A DNA stretch of 64,000 nucleotides from an uncultured Clostridia bacterium (GTDB taxonomy: Bacteria; Bacillota; Clostridia; TANB77; CAG-508): NCBI GenBank assembly GCA_947585105.1, contig CANPWV010000001.1:2875-66874 (forward strand). The letters are read 5' to 3'. Numbering within the stretch: the stretch's first letter is position 1; every line of letters begins with the position of its first letter. The translations under genes and the position numbers were made by a program. The notes beneath the pieces were generated by a model. The model was not told the origin of the DNA, did no database searches, and saw only the letters and a program-made list of their open reading frames with translations. Of the stretch, positions 1-8,461 are shown in pieces.

Positions 1-359
1 CATCAATTAGAGATGCAGATAGAATCATAGGACTTTTGGAATCATCATCAATCAAAAACCCAGAATTAATAGTAAACAGACTTCGTCCTTCAATGGTAAG
101 ACGTGGAGAAATGATGGATGTCGACGATATTGTTGACCTTCTATCAATAGATCTAATTGGAGTTGTACCAGATGATGAAAACATTATAATTCAAACAAAT
201 AAAGGAGAACCTGTAATCACTAATAAGAAAGCCCCTTCTGGAAAAGCTTATATTGAAATTTCAAGAAGAATATTAGGCGAAAATATAGAGGTTACTGTTC
301 CTGGAAAGGAAAAAGGCTTTTTCGCTAAATTAAAAAGATTATTTAAAAAAGATAGTTAG
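1..359 (+). CDS. minD: Septum site-determining protein MinD, C-terminal part; 5' end lies outside the window
   Basis: Translation matches the conserved MinD C-terminus including the terminal amphipathic helix (GKEKGFFAKLKRLFKK). The listed ORF 36..359 is the in-frame continuation. Confidence 0.85.
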   Translation, partial: SIRDADRIIGLLESSSIKNPELIVNRLRPSMVRRGEMMDVDDIVDLLSIDLIGVVPDDENIIIQTNKGEPVITNKKAPSGKAYIEISRRILGENIEVTVPGKEKGFFAKLKRLFKKDS

Positions 360-386
360 ATTTAAGTTAGTGGAGGTATTTTAAAA

Positions 387-1175
387 ATGGCAATGTTTGA
401 AAATATTGGTGTATTTTTCAAAAGATTTATGCAAAATGATAGAAAAGAATTATTAGCAGAAAATACAGTTTCACAGTCTAAAGATACTGCGAAAGATAGA
501 TTACATATAGTTCTTATGCAAGATAGAGCTAATGTTTCGGCAGACTTCCTAGAAATGATGAAGGAAGAAATCATTGAAGTTATTAAAAAATATATTGTTG
601 TTGATGAGTCAAAAATAGATGTAAGACTTACAAATGAAGAAAATGAAGATGGTAGTATTGGTGCGCCATTATTACGCGCAAATATTCCTATTTTAAACAT
701 TAGAAATGATTTAAAAGGCGAATATATGTATAATACTGTTACTCATACAATTGAAAATGTAAAAAATGATGTAGAAAATGAAGAAGATCAAGAAGATCAA
801 GAAACAGAACAAGTTAAAGAAGAAAACTTAGAAGAACAAGAAAAAACAGAAACCGTAGAAGAGAATGAAAATAAAGAAAATCAAGATAATACAGTAGAAG
901 CTCAAGTTGAAGATATTCCAACTGAAGACGTTCAAACTGAAGATACTCAAATTGAAAATTCTCAAGAAGAATATGATGATGAATTAGATGATGATGTTAC
1001 TTTTGACGATTTGCTAAAAGCCGCTGAGGAAGAGGAAGAAAGAATGAAAAAAGAGTCAGAAGAAGATAACAAAAAAGAGAATCAAAAAGAAGAAAAGAAA
1101 GTAACTAAAAAGAGTAATCCAAACACAACTAACAAAAAGAGAAAGAAAACTTCAAAAACTAAGAAAAATAAGTAA
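387..1175 (+). CDS. minE: Cell division topological specificity factor MinE with a long acidic/Lys-rich C-terminal extension
   Basis: The first ~95 aa match MinE (DRLHIVLMQDRANVS...IDVRL). It sits directly after minD. The remaining ~170 aa are low-complexity E/D/K/Q-rich. Confidence 0.75.
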   Translation: MAMFENIGVFFKRFMQNDRKELLAENTVSQSKDTAKDRLHIVLMQDRANVSADFLEMMKEEIIEVIKKYIVVDESKIDVRLTNEENEDGSIGAPLLRANIPILNIRNDLKGEYMYNTVTHTIENVKNDVENEEDQEDQETEQVKEENLEEQEKTETVEENENKENQDNTVEAQVEDIPTEDVQTEDTQIENSQEEYDDELDDDVTFDDLLKAAEEEEERMKKESEEDNKKENQKEEKKVTKKSNPNTTNKKRKKTSKTKKNK

Positions 1176-1185
1176 GAGGTTTTAA

Positions 1186-2318
1186 ATGAGAGAAAAAAGA
1201 TTTAAAAATACTGATTGGGTGGTTTTATTAATTAGTTTGGCTTTATTTGGAATCGGCTTAGTTGCGCTATATTCAGCTACTTTTAATTCTGAACTTTATG
1301 AGTTTAAAAAACAAATTCAATGGGCTTTAATTAGTGTTCCTTTTCTTATATTGGTATATTTTATAGATTATAAATTTATTACAAAATTTACACCAGTTTT
1401 TTATCTGATTTTTATATTATTATTAGTTGGTGTATTATTTATGAAGCCAATTCATCGGTGCTAGAAGCTGGTATAAATTTGGGGATTCGTTTGCAATACA
1501 GCCATCAGAACTTGCTAAAATAATTATTATAATGTTTATGGCGCTTGTTTTATATAAGTTGCAGTTAAAAGGAAAAAGAGAGATAAATAAACCTTGGAAA
1601 CTACTAATATATTTTGCTTTATGGGGAATTCCAATTTTCCTAATATATAAACAACCAGACTTAGGAACAGCCTTATCATATCTTACAGCAATGTTATTTA
1701 TGTTATTTGTTTCAGGTTTAGATAAAAAGTATATGGTTGTTGCAATTTTGGCGGTTATACTACTTGCCCCTTATGTAGTTCAACATTTACCAGCTCACGC
1801 TAAAGCCAGAATTGAAATTTTCAAAAATCCAGAAAGTGACCCAAGAGGAGATGGTTATAACTTAATACAGTCTAGATTAGCAATTGGTGCTGGTCAATTT
1901 TTGGGAATGGGAGTTCTTAAAGGAAACCAAACTCAACTTGGCTATTTATCACCAAAAACTACAGATTTCATTTATTCTGTAATTGGCGAAGAAATGGGAT
2001 TTGTTGTTTCTAGTACAATTGTTGTTTTATATGTTATATTAATTACTAAGGCAATTGGAATCGGAAAAAACGCTGAAGACAGTATAGGATCATATATTGC
2101 TGCTCGGAATAGCTGGAATATTATTTTTCCACATGGTAGAAAATATAGGAATGACAGTTGGACTTCTTCCAATAACTGGTGTTCCGCTTCCATTTGTAAG
2201 TTATGGTGGTAGCTCACTTATAACTAATTTTATATGTATTGGACTTTTATTAAATATTAGTTCAAGACGTAAAAAAGGTTTATCTTATAACAGCAAATTT
2301 AATATGTATGGAAATTAA
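1186..2318 (+). CDS. rodA: Peptidoglycan glycosyltransferase RodA (FtsW/RodA/SpoVE family). Continuous only with +1 shifts at in-frame CGG 1456-1458 and 2105-2107.
   Basis: Three ORF pieces (1186..1464, 1532..2212, 2097..2318) each match consecutive RodA segments (..NGARSWYKFG.., ..QSRLAIGAGQ.., ..GVPLPFVSYGGSS..). Both frame breaks fall on in-frame CGG, and GGN after the C restores a conserved Gly. Confidence 0.8.
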
Positions 2319-2392
2319 CATTTTTATAAATAAAATAAGACATATATGTATTAATTATATTTGAATTAATTTTAGATAGGATAAATTAAATT

Positions 2393-3348
2393 ATGTATTA
2401 TAAGAAATTGAGACTGGGAGAGGTCGAACTTGAGAATAATTTAATATTGGCGCCGATGGCTGGAGTTACAGATTTGGCTTTTAGAAGGATTACAAAAAAG
2501 TATGGAAATCCGGGTCTTGTTTGTAATGAAATGGTTAGTAGCAAAGCGATTTGCTATGAAGATGGAAAAACTCTTGAAATGTTGAAATCAGAAAATGAAA
2601 GCCCAATTTCTATGCAAATTTTTGGAAGTGATCCTGAAAGTATGGGAAAGGCTGCTCTTGAAGTAAGTAAGCTTTGTGACATTTTAGATATAAATATGGG
2701 TTGCCCGGCTCCAAAAGTCGTAAAAAACGGCGATGGAAGTAAACTTTTAACTGATTTAGGATTAGCGAGAACTGTAATTCAAGAAGTTGTGAAAAATTCT
2801 TTAAAACCTGTTACTTTAAAAATAAGAAAAGGTTGGAGTAATGAAAATTTGGTTTATAAAGAAATTTCCAAAATTGCCGAAGAAGAGGGAGTAAAGGCGA
2901 TAATTGTTCACGGAAGAACAAGGCAAGAATTTTATTCTCGGTCAAGCAGACTGGAACTCAATAAAAGAAGTAAAAGAAAGTGTTTCAATTCCAGTAATTC
3001 GGAAATGGCGATATAGTGGACGAAGAGACGGCTTTGGAGATTTTTGAAGAAACAGGGTGCGATGGAATAATGATAGGGCGAGCTTCGTTGGGAAATCCTT
3101 GGATTTTCATGAGAATCGCTAGATTTTTGGAGACAGGTGAGAAATTGCCAGAAATATCAGATGAAGAAAAGCTCAGAGTTTTAAAAGAGCATTTCGAACT
3201 TTTATTAGAAGAAAAAGGAGAATACACTGCAACTCGCGAAATCAGAAAGTTTGTAGCTTGGTATGTCAAAGGAATGAAAGATGCTAGGCGATTCAAAGAG
3301 AAAATGAATACTATAGATTCTGTAAAAAGTTTTTATGATATATTTTAA
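2393..3348 (+). CDS. dusB: tRNA-dihydrouridine synthase (DusB-like). Continuous only with +1 shifts at in-frame CGG 2939-2941 and 3000-3002.
   Basis: Dus family motifs are present (LAPMAGVTD, HGRTR, IPVIxNGDI, MIGR). ORFs 2393..3016 and 3016..3348 plus a 60-nt middle frame join into ..EFYS-G-QADWNSIKEVKESVSIPVI-G-NGDIVDEE... Confidence 0.8.
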
Positions 3349-3384
3349 CCTTCTTACATAAATTAATGTAAGGAGGTTTTTGTT

Positions 3385-3978
3385 TTGAAAAAAATATACA
3401 TAATTTTGGCGATAATTGTACTTTTAATTTTTTCGATTTTTTATTATAAAAAATCAAAACTGGGAAATACTATAATTAAATTAAGTGAAGAAAATATTGA
3501 AAATATTTTAAGTGAAAATTTGAAATATGAAGCAAAAGCTAAAGTGAAAATTTATAGTAACAAAAATGAAAATGAATATAGCCTAAAAATCAAGGAAGAG
3601 AAAGATTATAGTTTGCTTGAAACTATTGGAAAAAGTGATATTTCAGGTTTAAAAATTGAAAAGAAAAATGGAGATTTAATTATAAAAAATGGAGAACTGA
3701 AATTAACGAAAATATACGAAGATTATAATGAATTTACAGATAACAGTTTGCTTTTAACAACTTTTTTAGAAGAATATAAAGAGTCAAAAGCAAAAGAAGT
3801 TGTAAAAGAAAACGGGAAAATGGTAGTAAAAATCGAGGTAAAAGACTACAACAAATACATAAAATATAAAGAACTTTATTTGAACGAATCAGATGGAAAG
3901 CCTGAAAAGCTTGTGATAAAAGACAGTGGCAAACAAGTTAAAATCATCATAGAATATACAAATATAGAAATATTATAA
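3385..3978 (+). CDS. Hypothetical membrane-anchored Lys-rich protein
   Basis: N-terminal transmembrane segment, good RBS (aaggagg) and no recognisable domain. It occupies the position where a MazE-like antitoxin would be expected. Confidence 0.5.
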   Translation: MKKIYIILAIIVLLIFSIFYYKKSKLGNTIIKLSEENIENILSENLKYEAKAKVKIYSNKNENEYSLKIKEEKDYSLLETIGKSDISGLKIEKKNGDLIIKNGELKLTKIYEDYNEFTDNSLLLTTFLEEYKESKAKEVVKENGKMVVKIEVKDYNKYIKYKELYLNESDGKPEKLVIKDSGKQVKIIIEYTNIEIL

Positions 3979-4024
3979 CTTAAAATATATTCAATAATTC
4001 TATTTTAATTGTAACAAATTAGGA

Positions 4025-4378
4025 GTGAATATTATGGTAATAAGAAGAGGAGATATGTTTTATGCGGATTTAAGCCCAGTTGTAGGATCTGAGCAGGGAG
4101 GAATTAGGCCAGTTTTGATTATTCAAAATGACACTGGAAATAAATATAGCCCAACAGTAATTGCCGCAGCGATTACATCCCAAACTGGTAAAGCTAAACT
4201 TCCAACTCATATAGAAATTTCATCAAGCGAAAATGGGTTAAAATCAGATTCTGTTGTTTTAACAGAGCAAATTAGAACAATAGACAAAAGTAGATTAAAA
4301 GAAAAGATAGGCCATATTGAAGATGGAAAGCTAATGGATAAAGTAAATGGCGCAATAGGTATAAGTTTCGGATTATAA
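4025..4378 (+). CDS. mazF: MazF/EndoA (PemK family) mRNA interferase toxin
   Basis: Strong similarity to the Firmicutes EndoA/MazF pattern ([29 protein letters not shown]...KLPTHIEI...[13 protein letters not shown]). Confidence 0.85.
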   Translation: MNIMVIRRGDMFYADLSPVVGSEQGGIRPVLIIQNDTGNKYSPTVIAAAITSQTGKAKLPTHIEISSSENGLKSDSVVLTEQIRTIDKSRLKEKIGHIEDGKLMDKVNGAIGISFGL

Positions 4379-4380
4379 AA

Positions 4381-4411
4381 AAGACCGCAGTTTTATAACT
4401 GCGGTTTTTTG
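4381..4411. terminator. Bidirectional rho-independent terminator after mazF
   Basis: GC hairpin ccgcagtt-ttataa-ctgcgg flanked by A-run and T-run. Confidence 0.6.
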
Positions 4412-4433
4412 GGTTAGTATCCAATCTTGCTAA

Positions 4434-4469
4434 CATCAAGATTATATCACATTTTACAGAATATTGCAA
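4434..4469 (-). promoter_or_regulatory. Outward-facing sigma70-type promoter (TTGCAA-17-TATAAT with TGn extended -10). Left arm of a ~45-bp inverted repeat.
   Basis: The sequence is the reverse complement of the promoter at 5277..5305. Its downstream transcript would be only ~55 nt and would end at the 4381..4411 hairpin. Confidence 0.45.
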
Positions 4470-4639
4470 AACTTGATATTTTGCTTAAAATGATGTATAA
4501 TGTTGAAACAATATATTTTATATTTATATATATATATTCAATTTCCTGTTTTCACTAATTAGTGAGAGGGATTTCCTCTAACTTTTTGGTTTAACATATA
4601 TAAATAAGCAACAATAAAAGAATGTAAGGAGGACTTTAC

Positions 4640-4903
4640 ATGGTAGTATCATCTGTTATTTATCTTCTCTTGGCTGAAGCAATTTTAAGTGGTACAGGTT
4701 TAGTTTTTATGTTTGCTAAGAACAGAAAAACTTTTAGTAAGATAATTCGGATAATTTGCGCCATCTTGGTCATATTAATCGCGGTTTCTATAATACCACT
4801 GCAAATGGCAATGGGAAGATTCTATGGATCTCAAATTTTAATAATTTTTTGTATGGTTATTAATCTAATTGTTGCTACTATGGAATTAAAAGAAAAAAGA
4901 TAA
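4640..4903 (+). CDS. Hypothetical small membrane protein (87 aa). Contains in-frame CGG at 4748-4750.
   Basis: Two predicted TM helices and a terminator directly after the stop. Under the CGG +1 rule it would terminate right after the CGG (..KII-G-stop). Confidence 0.35.
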   Translation: MVVSSVIYLLLAEAILSGTGLVFMFAKNRKTFSKIIRIICAILVILIAVSIIPLQMAMGRFYGSQILIIFCMVINLIVATMELKEKR

Positions 4904-4917
4904 ACTACCTTAAAAAA

Positions 4918-4958
4918 AGAAAATATTTCTTTTCCTCGTAAGAGGTTTTTCTTTTTTT
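4918..4958 (+). terminator. Rho-independent terminator (cctcgtaagagg + T-run). Member of a repeated terminator family.
   Basis: Hairpin plus a T8 run. Related copies sit at 7090..7125 and 8828..8868. Confidence 0.5.
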
Positions 4959-5088
4959 ATAACAAAATTGACATAACCATATAAAAAAGATTATTGAAAA
5001 TCTAAAAAAATAAAGTTTTTACATTGCTTTTCAATTCCTCTCACTTTTCGAAACAAAAAAGAGATATGTTTATTCATATCTCTTAATT

Positions 5089-5171
5089 TGGTGCGGGTGA
5101 GAGGACTTGAACCCCCACGGTTGCCCACTAGATCCTAAGTCTAGCGCGTCTGCCAGTTTCGCCACACCCGC
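5089..5171 (-). tRNA. tRNA-Leu (anticodon UAG) with a long variable arm, encoded CCA end, own promoter and terminator
   Basis: Reverse complement reads GCGGGTGTGGCGAAACTGGCAGACGCGCTAGACTTAGGATCTAGTGGGCAACCGTGGGGGTTCAAGTCCTCTCACCCGCACCA. Acceptor, D, anticodon (CT-TAG-GA), long variable and T arms are all recognisable. TTGACA-17-TAATAT lies upstream on the minus strand, and the hairpin at 5056..5086 lies downstream. Confidence 0.85.
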
Positions 5172-5276
5172 GATTAACAATAATAATATTAACACTTTAA
5201 ATCTAGATTGTCAAGTGTTTTTATATATTTTCATAATCAATTTTGTCTTTAAAAACTAGATATAAATCTCTAAATT

Positions 5277-5305
5277 TTGCAATAATCTGTAAAATGTGAT
5301 ATAAT
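5277..5305 (+). promoter_or_regulatory. Sigma70-type promoter TTGCAA-17-TATAAT (TGn extended -10). Right arm of the inverted repeat.
   Basis: ttgcaataatctgtaaaatgtgatataat. A related promoter (ttgctttttatgtaaaattgtgatataat) lies at ~6612..6642. Confidence 0.5.
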
Positions 5306-5380
5306 CTTGGTGTTAGCAAGGAATTGCTTTCTTATTCGCCCGTTCTTTAAAGAACGATTTCGTCCTTAGGGGGTGAAAAT

Positions 5381-5548
5381 ATGGGTAAAACGGTCCTGTC
5401 TGTTATTGCTGGAATGGCGGTTAGTTTACTTGCTTTGATTTCAGTAGCTTTTCTATTTCCTGAAAAATCTGATGAAAGCGAAGACGACTATGAACCAACC
5501 AGTGAAGATGTTTTCAAGCAGAGATGCGAAGACAGTATGGGATACTAA
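5381..5548 (+). CDS. Small membrane peptide (55 aa: N-terminal TM helix, acidic C-terminal tail). Not in the ORF track.
   Basis: ATG follows a GGGGGTG RBS. Product is MGKTVLSVIAGMAVSLLALISVAFLFPEKSDESEDDYEPTSEDVFKQRCEDSMGY. A terminator hairpin lies at 5557..5586. Confidence 0.45.
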   Translation: MGKTVLSVIAGMAVSLLALISVAFLFPEKSDESEDDYEPTSEDVFKQRCEDSMGY

Positions 5549-5691
5549 CCAAAAAAGGCCACAGTTTTAGGACTGTGGTCTTTTTAATTGGCTATTATAA
5601 ATAAAAATTTATATAAAAATATTTTAATGTAATTAATAAAGTGCTATAATAGTTATATGATAAATTAAAATTAAGAAGTAAAGAGGTTTTT

Positions 5692-6297
5692 ATGGAAATT
5701 AAATCATGGTTAATAAGTGAACAACAAAAAAATACTAACATAAATAGAAATAATAATAAATTATATAATGAAAGTATTATATTAATAGGACCATCAGGAG
5801 CTGGTAAGACAACAGTATCAGAAAAACTTAGTCAAAAGACTGGAATGCAAAATTGTCGTCTAGATAGAATTTCACATAAAGCAAAAAAAAATGGTCTTGC
5901 AGATAAATTTAAGAATATTGACAGATTTAATCTTTTCATGATATCAGAACTTTTGAAAATAGCAAAAGAAAAAGATTTGTGTGGGATAGTTGACTTTGGC
6001 GGAGGTCATTCTGTATATGAAGATATGGATGCGTTTGAAAAGTTAAAAGAATTGTTAAAACCTTTTAAAAATATCGTTTTATTATTACCTGATAAAGACG
6101 AAGAGAAATCTTTAGATATAATGGAAAGAAGATCAACAGGTGATATAACAGATAATAGGAGATTTATTGAAAGCCCATGTAACAAAGAATTAGCAACGAT
6201 GATAATATATGGTAATGGTAGACAAGCTTCAGAAATTGCAGATGAAATTTTACAAGTTATTAAAGAAAGAAATGAGCAACAATTAGAAATAGAATAA
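5692..6297 (+). CDS. P-loop NTPase / kinase-like protein (Walker A GPSGAGKTT)
   Basis: Walker A motif and a ~200-aa single-domain architecture. Two distant paralogue-like genes lie at 46258..46863 and 60515..61084. Confidence 0.55.
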   Translation: MEIKSWLISEQQKNTNINRNNNKLYNESIILIGPSGAGKTTVSEKLSQKTGMQNCRLDRISHKAKKNGLADKFKNIDRFNLFMISELLKIAKEKDLCGIVDFGGGHSVYEDMDAFEKLKELLKPFKNIVLLLPDKDEEKSLDIMERRSTGDITDNRRFIESPCNKELATMIIYGNGRQASEIADEILQVIKERNEQQLEIE

Positions 6298-6482
6298 TAT
6301 TACTCATATTGCTTTATTTTTCGTTGATGGAAAGTATCATAATATAATATATTAAAATAATAGAAGGTGCAGGTAAAAATATAAAGAATATAATTATGGA
6401 GAGGAAAGATAACTTACAATTTTTATGGGGATTTTATGTTTTTATAAAAACATATTTCTTTATAAAATGAAAAAAATATCAT

Positions 6483-6606
6483 TTGACAAAATTAAATAAT
6501 CTATGTATAATAAATATAGGAAATGACAATTCCACAAACGTGGTTTTGCCAAGATATAGTTTTAATAAACCATTAGCTCGGCCAAGCAGAATGGTTTATT
6601 TTTTAT
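6483..6606 (+). ncRNA. Candidate small RNA E1: perfect TTGACA-17-TATAAT promoter, ~85-nt transcript, intrinsic terminator. Paralogue of the antitoxin-like sRNA at 7888..8014.
   Basis: The 5' 40 nt are identical to those of E2 and E3 (aaatataggaaatgacaattccacaaacgtggttttgcc) and are followed by hairpin aaaccatt..aatggttt plus a T-run. The minus strand retains only a start-less remnant ending ..KQLHK*. Confidence 0.4.
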
Positions 6607-6747
6607 TTATGTAGTTGCTTTTTATGTAAAATTGTGATATAATATGACAGTAATATTCGTAGGTACAACGAATTATAATAAATGTACCGCTTTCATTATC
6701 TTTTACATTTATTATTGTAATTGAGCGTGAATGCTGTTGGAGGAATT

Positions 6748-7071
6748 ATGTGTCAAACCAATGAAAAATCCACAGAAACCATGAAATGTAACTGCAAACA
6801 ACTCTGCTGTAAAATGCAGAACGCTAGCCTTCGGTGTGCTATTGCTAGTTTAAAAAATTACCAGTATAATAGTAACACTATTTTAAGAATTCTAGAAACT
6901 ATTGAAAATTTGTTAACAGTGTATTCTTGCTTGCCTGGTACTTGCTTACTCAAAAGGGTACAATGGGTATACCATAACATAGCAAGAGGCACTGATCCCT
7001 TATGGAATGACGAAAAGGTTAAGGTAAATATGTTGATTTCAGAATTGGAGACATTTTTAGGCAACAGCTAA
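6748..7071 (+). CDS. Hypothetical Cys-rich protein (108 aa). Contains in-frame CGG at 6832-6834.
   Basis: RBS ggagg and an ATG at 6748. It is preceded by a promoter of the tgtgatataat family and followed by a terminator right after the stop. Under the CGG +1 rule the product would be a 34-aa Cys-rich peptide. Confidence 0.35.
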   Translation: MCQTNEKSTETMKCNCKQLCCKMQNASLRCAIASLKNYQYNSNTILRILETIENLLTVYSCLPGTCLLKRVQWVYHNIARGTDPLWNDEKVKVNMLISELETFLGNS

Positions 7072-7089
7072 ACCACAAAAAAGAAAATG

Positions 7090-7125
7090 ATTTCTTTTCC
7101 TCGAAAGGGGTTTCTTTTTTTTTTA
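7090..7125 (+). terminator. Rho-independent terminator (repeat-family copy)
   Basis: cctcgaaagggg hairpin plus a T10 run. Confidence 0.45.
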
Positions 7126-7315
7126 TTTAAAATAATATTAATTACAATTTCAAGAAATTTTTCATTTGGTAAGTTATTGCTTTTAGGACAGAAATATGTT
7201 AAAATTTGAATACATATTCTTATATGTAATATTATTAGGAGATGGCAATATTCTTGAGAAAGAAGAATTTTAAATAATATGAATAATAATTCTTTATAGA
7301 AAAGGAGGGGAAGGT

Positions 7316-7891
7316 ATGCAACATTTTAAAAAGTTAGTAGGAGATAATATTTATTTGTCACCAAAAGGTGTATCAGACGAAGAAATAGAGAAGTTTACTG
7401 AATGGATGAACGATTTTCAAGTTACAGATTATACTGGAAGAAGTGGGCAAATAGTAACATTAAGTGAAGAAAAGGAATGGCTTGAAAATTCAGTAAAAAA
7501 TACAAGTAATAGAAACTTTAACATTATTGAATCAAAAGATAATAAATTAATTGGAACTGTTGGATTAGAAAAAATTAATTGGATTGAGAGAAACGCAGTT
7601 CTTGGAATATTTATTGGAGATACTGATTATAGAAATAATGGCTATGGAACAGAAGCTATAAAGCTATTGCTAGAGTATGGCTTCAGATATTTAAATTTGC
7701 ATAGTATTAGATTAGACCTTCTTTCTATAAATGAAAGAGCTCATAAATGTTATCTAAAATGTGGATTTAAAGATACAGGAAAAAGCAGAGAAGAAATATT
7801 TTTAAATGGAAAGTATTATGATAAATTACATATGGACATACTTGAAAGCGAGTTTGAAGGGGATTATATTAGAAATAAAAATATCATTTGA
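7316..7891 (+). CDS. GNAT family N-acetyltransferase
   Basis: GNAT fold motifs are present (..NxxSIRLxxKxGFK..). Confidence 0.75.
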   Translation: MQHFKKLVGDNIYLSPKGVSDEEIEKFTEWMNDFQVTDYTGRSGQIVTLSEEKEWLENSVKNTSNRNFNIIESKDNKLIGTVGLEKINWIERNAVLGIFIGDTDYRNNGYGTEAIKLLLEYGFRYLNLHSIRLDLLSINERAHKCYLKCGFKDTGKSREEIFLNGKYYDKLHMDILESEFEGDYIRNKNII

Positions 7892-8014
7892 CAAAGTTAA
7901 ATAATCTATGTATAATAAATATAGGAAATGACAATTCCACAAACGTGGTTTTGCCGAAATTAGTTGTAAAAACTCACACCTAACTCGCCAAAGTACAGAT
8001 GTGAGTTCTTTTTA
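7888..8014 (+). ncRNA. Candidate antitoxin-like small RNA E2 (promoter TTGACA-17-TATAAT at 7888-7916, ~90-nt transcript), convergent with and overlapping the 3' end of the peptide gene 8012..8125
   Basis: Perfect consensus promoter, a conserved 5' domain with a ccacaaacgtgg hairpin, and a bidirectional terminator (aactcaca..tgtgagtt + T-run) shared with the opposite-strand peptide mRNA. Confidence 0.45.
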
Positions 8015-8125
8015 TTTATGTAGTTGCTTATCAACCCAGTTCTTATAAAGAACTGTAGCTAAGGCAACGTTTAATGTTAAAGATATTAAAAATGATGTTA
8101 TAAAAAATAGTATTACTTTAACCAT
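8012..8125 (-). CDS. Type I toxin-like small hydrophobic peptide (37 aa, MVKVILFFITSFLISLTLNVALATVLYKNWVDKQLHK). Not in the ORF track.
   Basis: RBS aaggtggtg lies 8 nt before the ATG. The product has a single TM helix and a charged C-terminal tail. It is transcribed convergently with the sRNA and shares its terminator, an Fst/TxpA-like architecture. Confidence 0.45.
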   Translation of the reverse strand: MVKVILFFITSFLISLTLNVALATVLYKNWVDKQLHK

Positions 8126-8461
8126 AAACATCACCACCTTTCCTACGAAGATTCGTGAAAATGGTGGCAAAACCACATCTGCTTATTATCATTTCCTATA
8201 ATAGCTACTATACAACATTATTAAATGGAATACAAGCGAACAAAACAAATTTTTTGAAATTTTTTTTAATATATATTAACAATGCAAAATTAAGAGATAT
8301 GAATTAACATATCTCTTTTTTTAAATTAAAGCTATTGTTAAATTTCATAAAATATGAGTGTTGCAATTTTGAATAAAACGTGCTATAATTGTTGTGTATG
8401 AGTTTTCTCGTATTTAAAGGCACTATTTAACTAAGTCAACAATTTTAAGGAGGTCTTTCTT

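Noticed and set aside
362-700. Numerous antisense or overlapping ORFs of 60-130 aa (e.g. 362..700, 10827..11099, 20603..20914, 24000..24484, 35561..35842, 39905..40306, 42125..42487, 49179..50075, 57680..58051)
   Set aside because: They lie antisense to or inside conserved genes in an AT-rich genome. They have low-complexity translations and no RBS, so they are spurious.
7955-8176. The 11-nt inverted repeat GTGGTTTTGCC / GGCAAAACCAC as an sRNA-mRNA pairing site
   Set aside because: Because the two RNAs come from opposite strands, both carry the same sequence (GUGGUUUUGCC), not complementary ones. It cannot mediate direct antisense pairing, so I noted it only as a shared motif.
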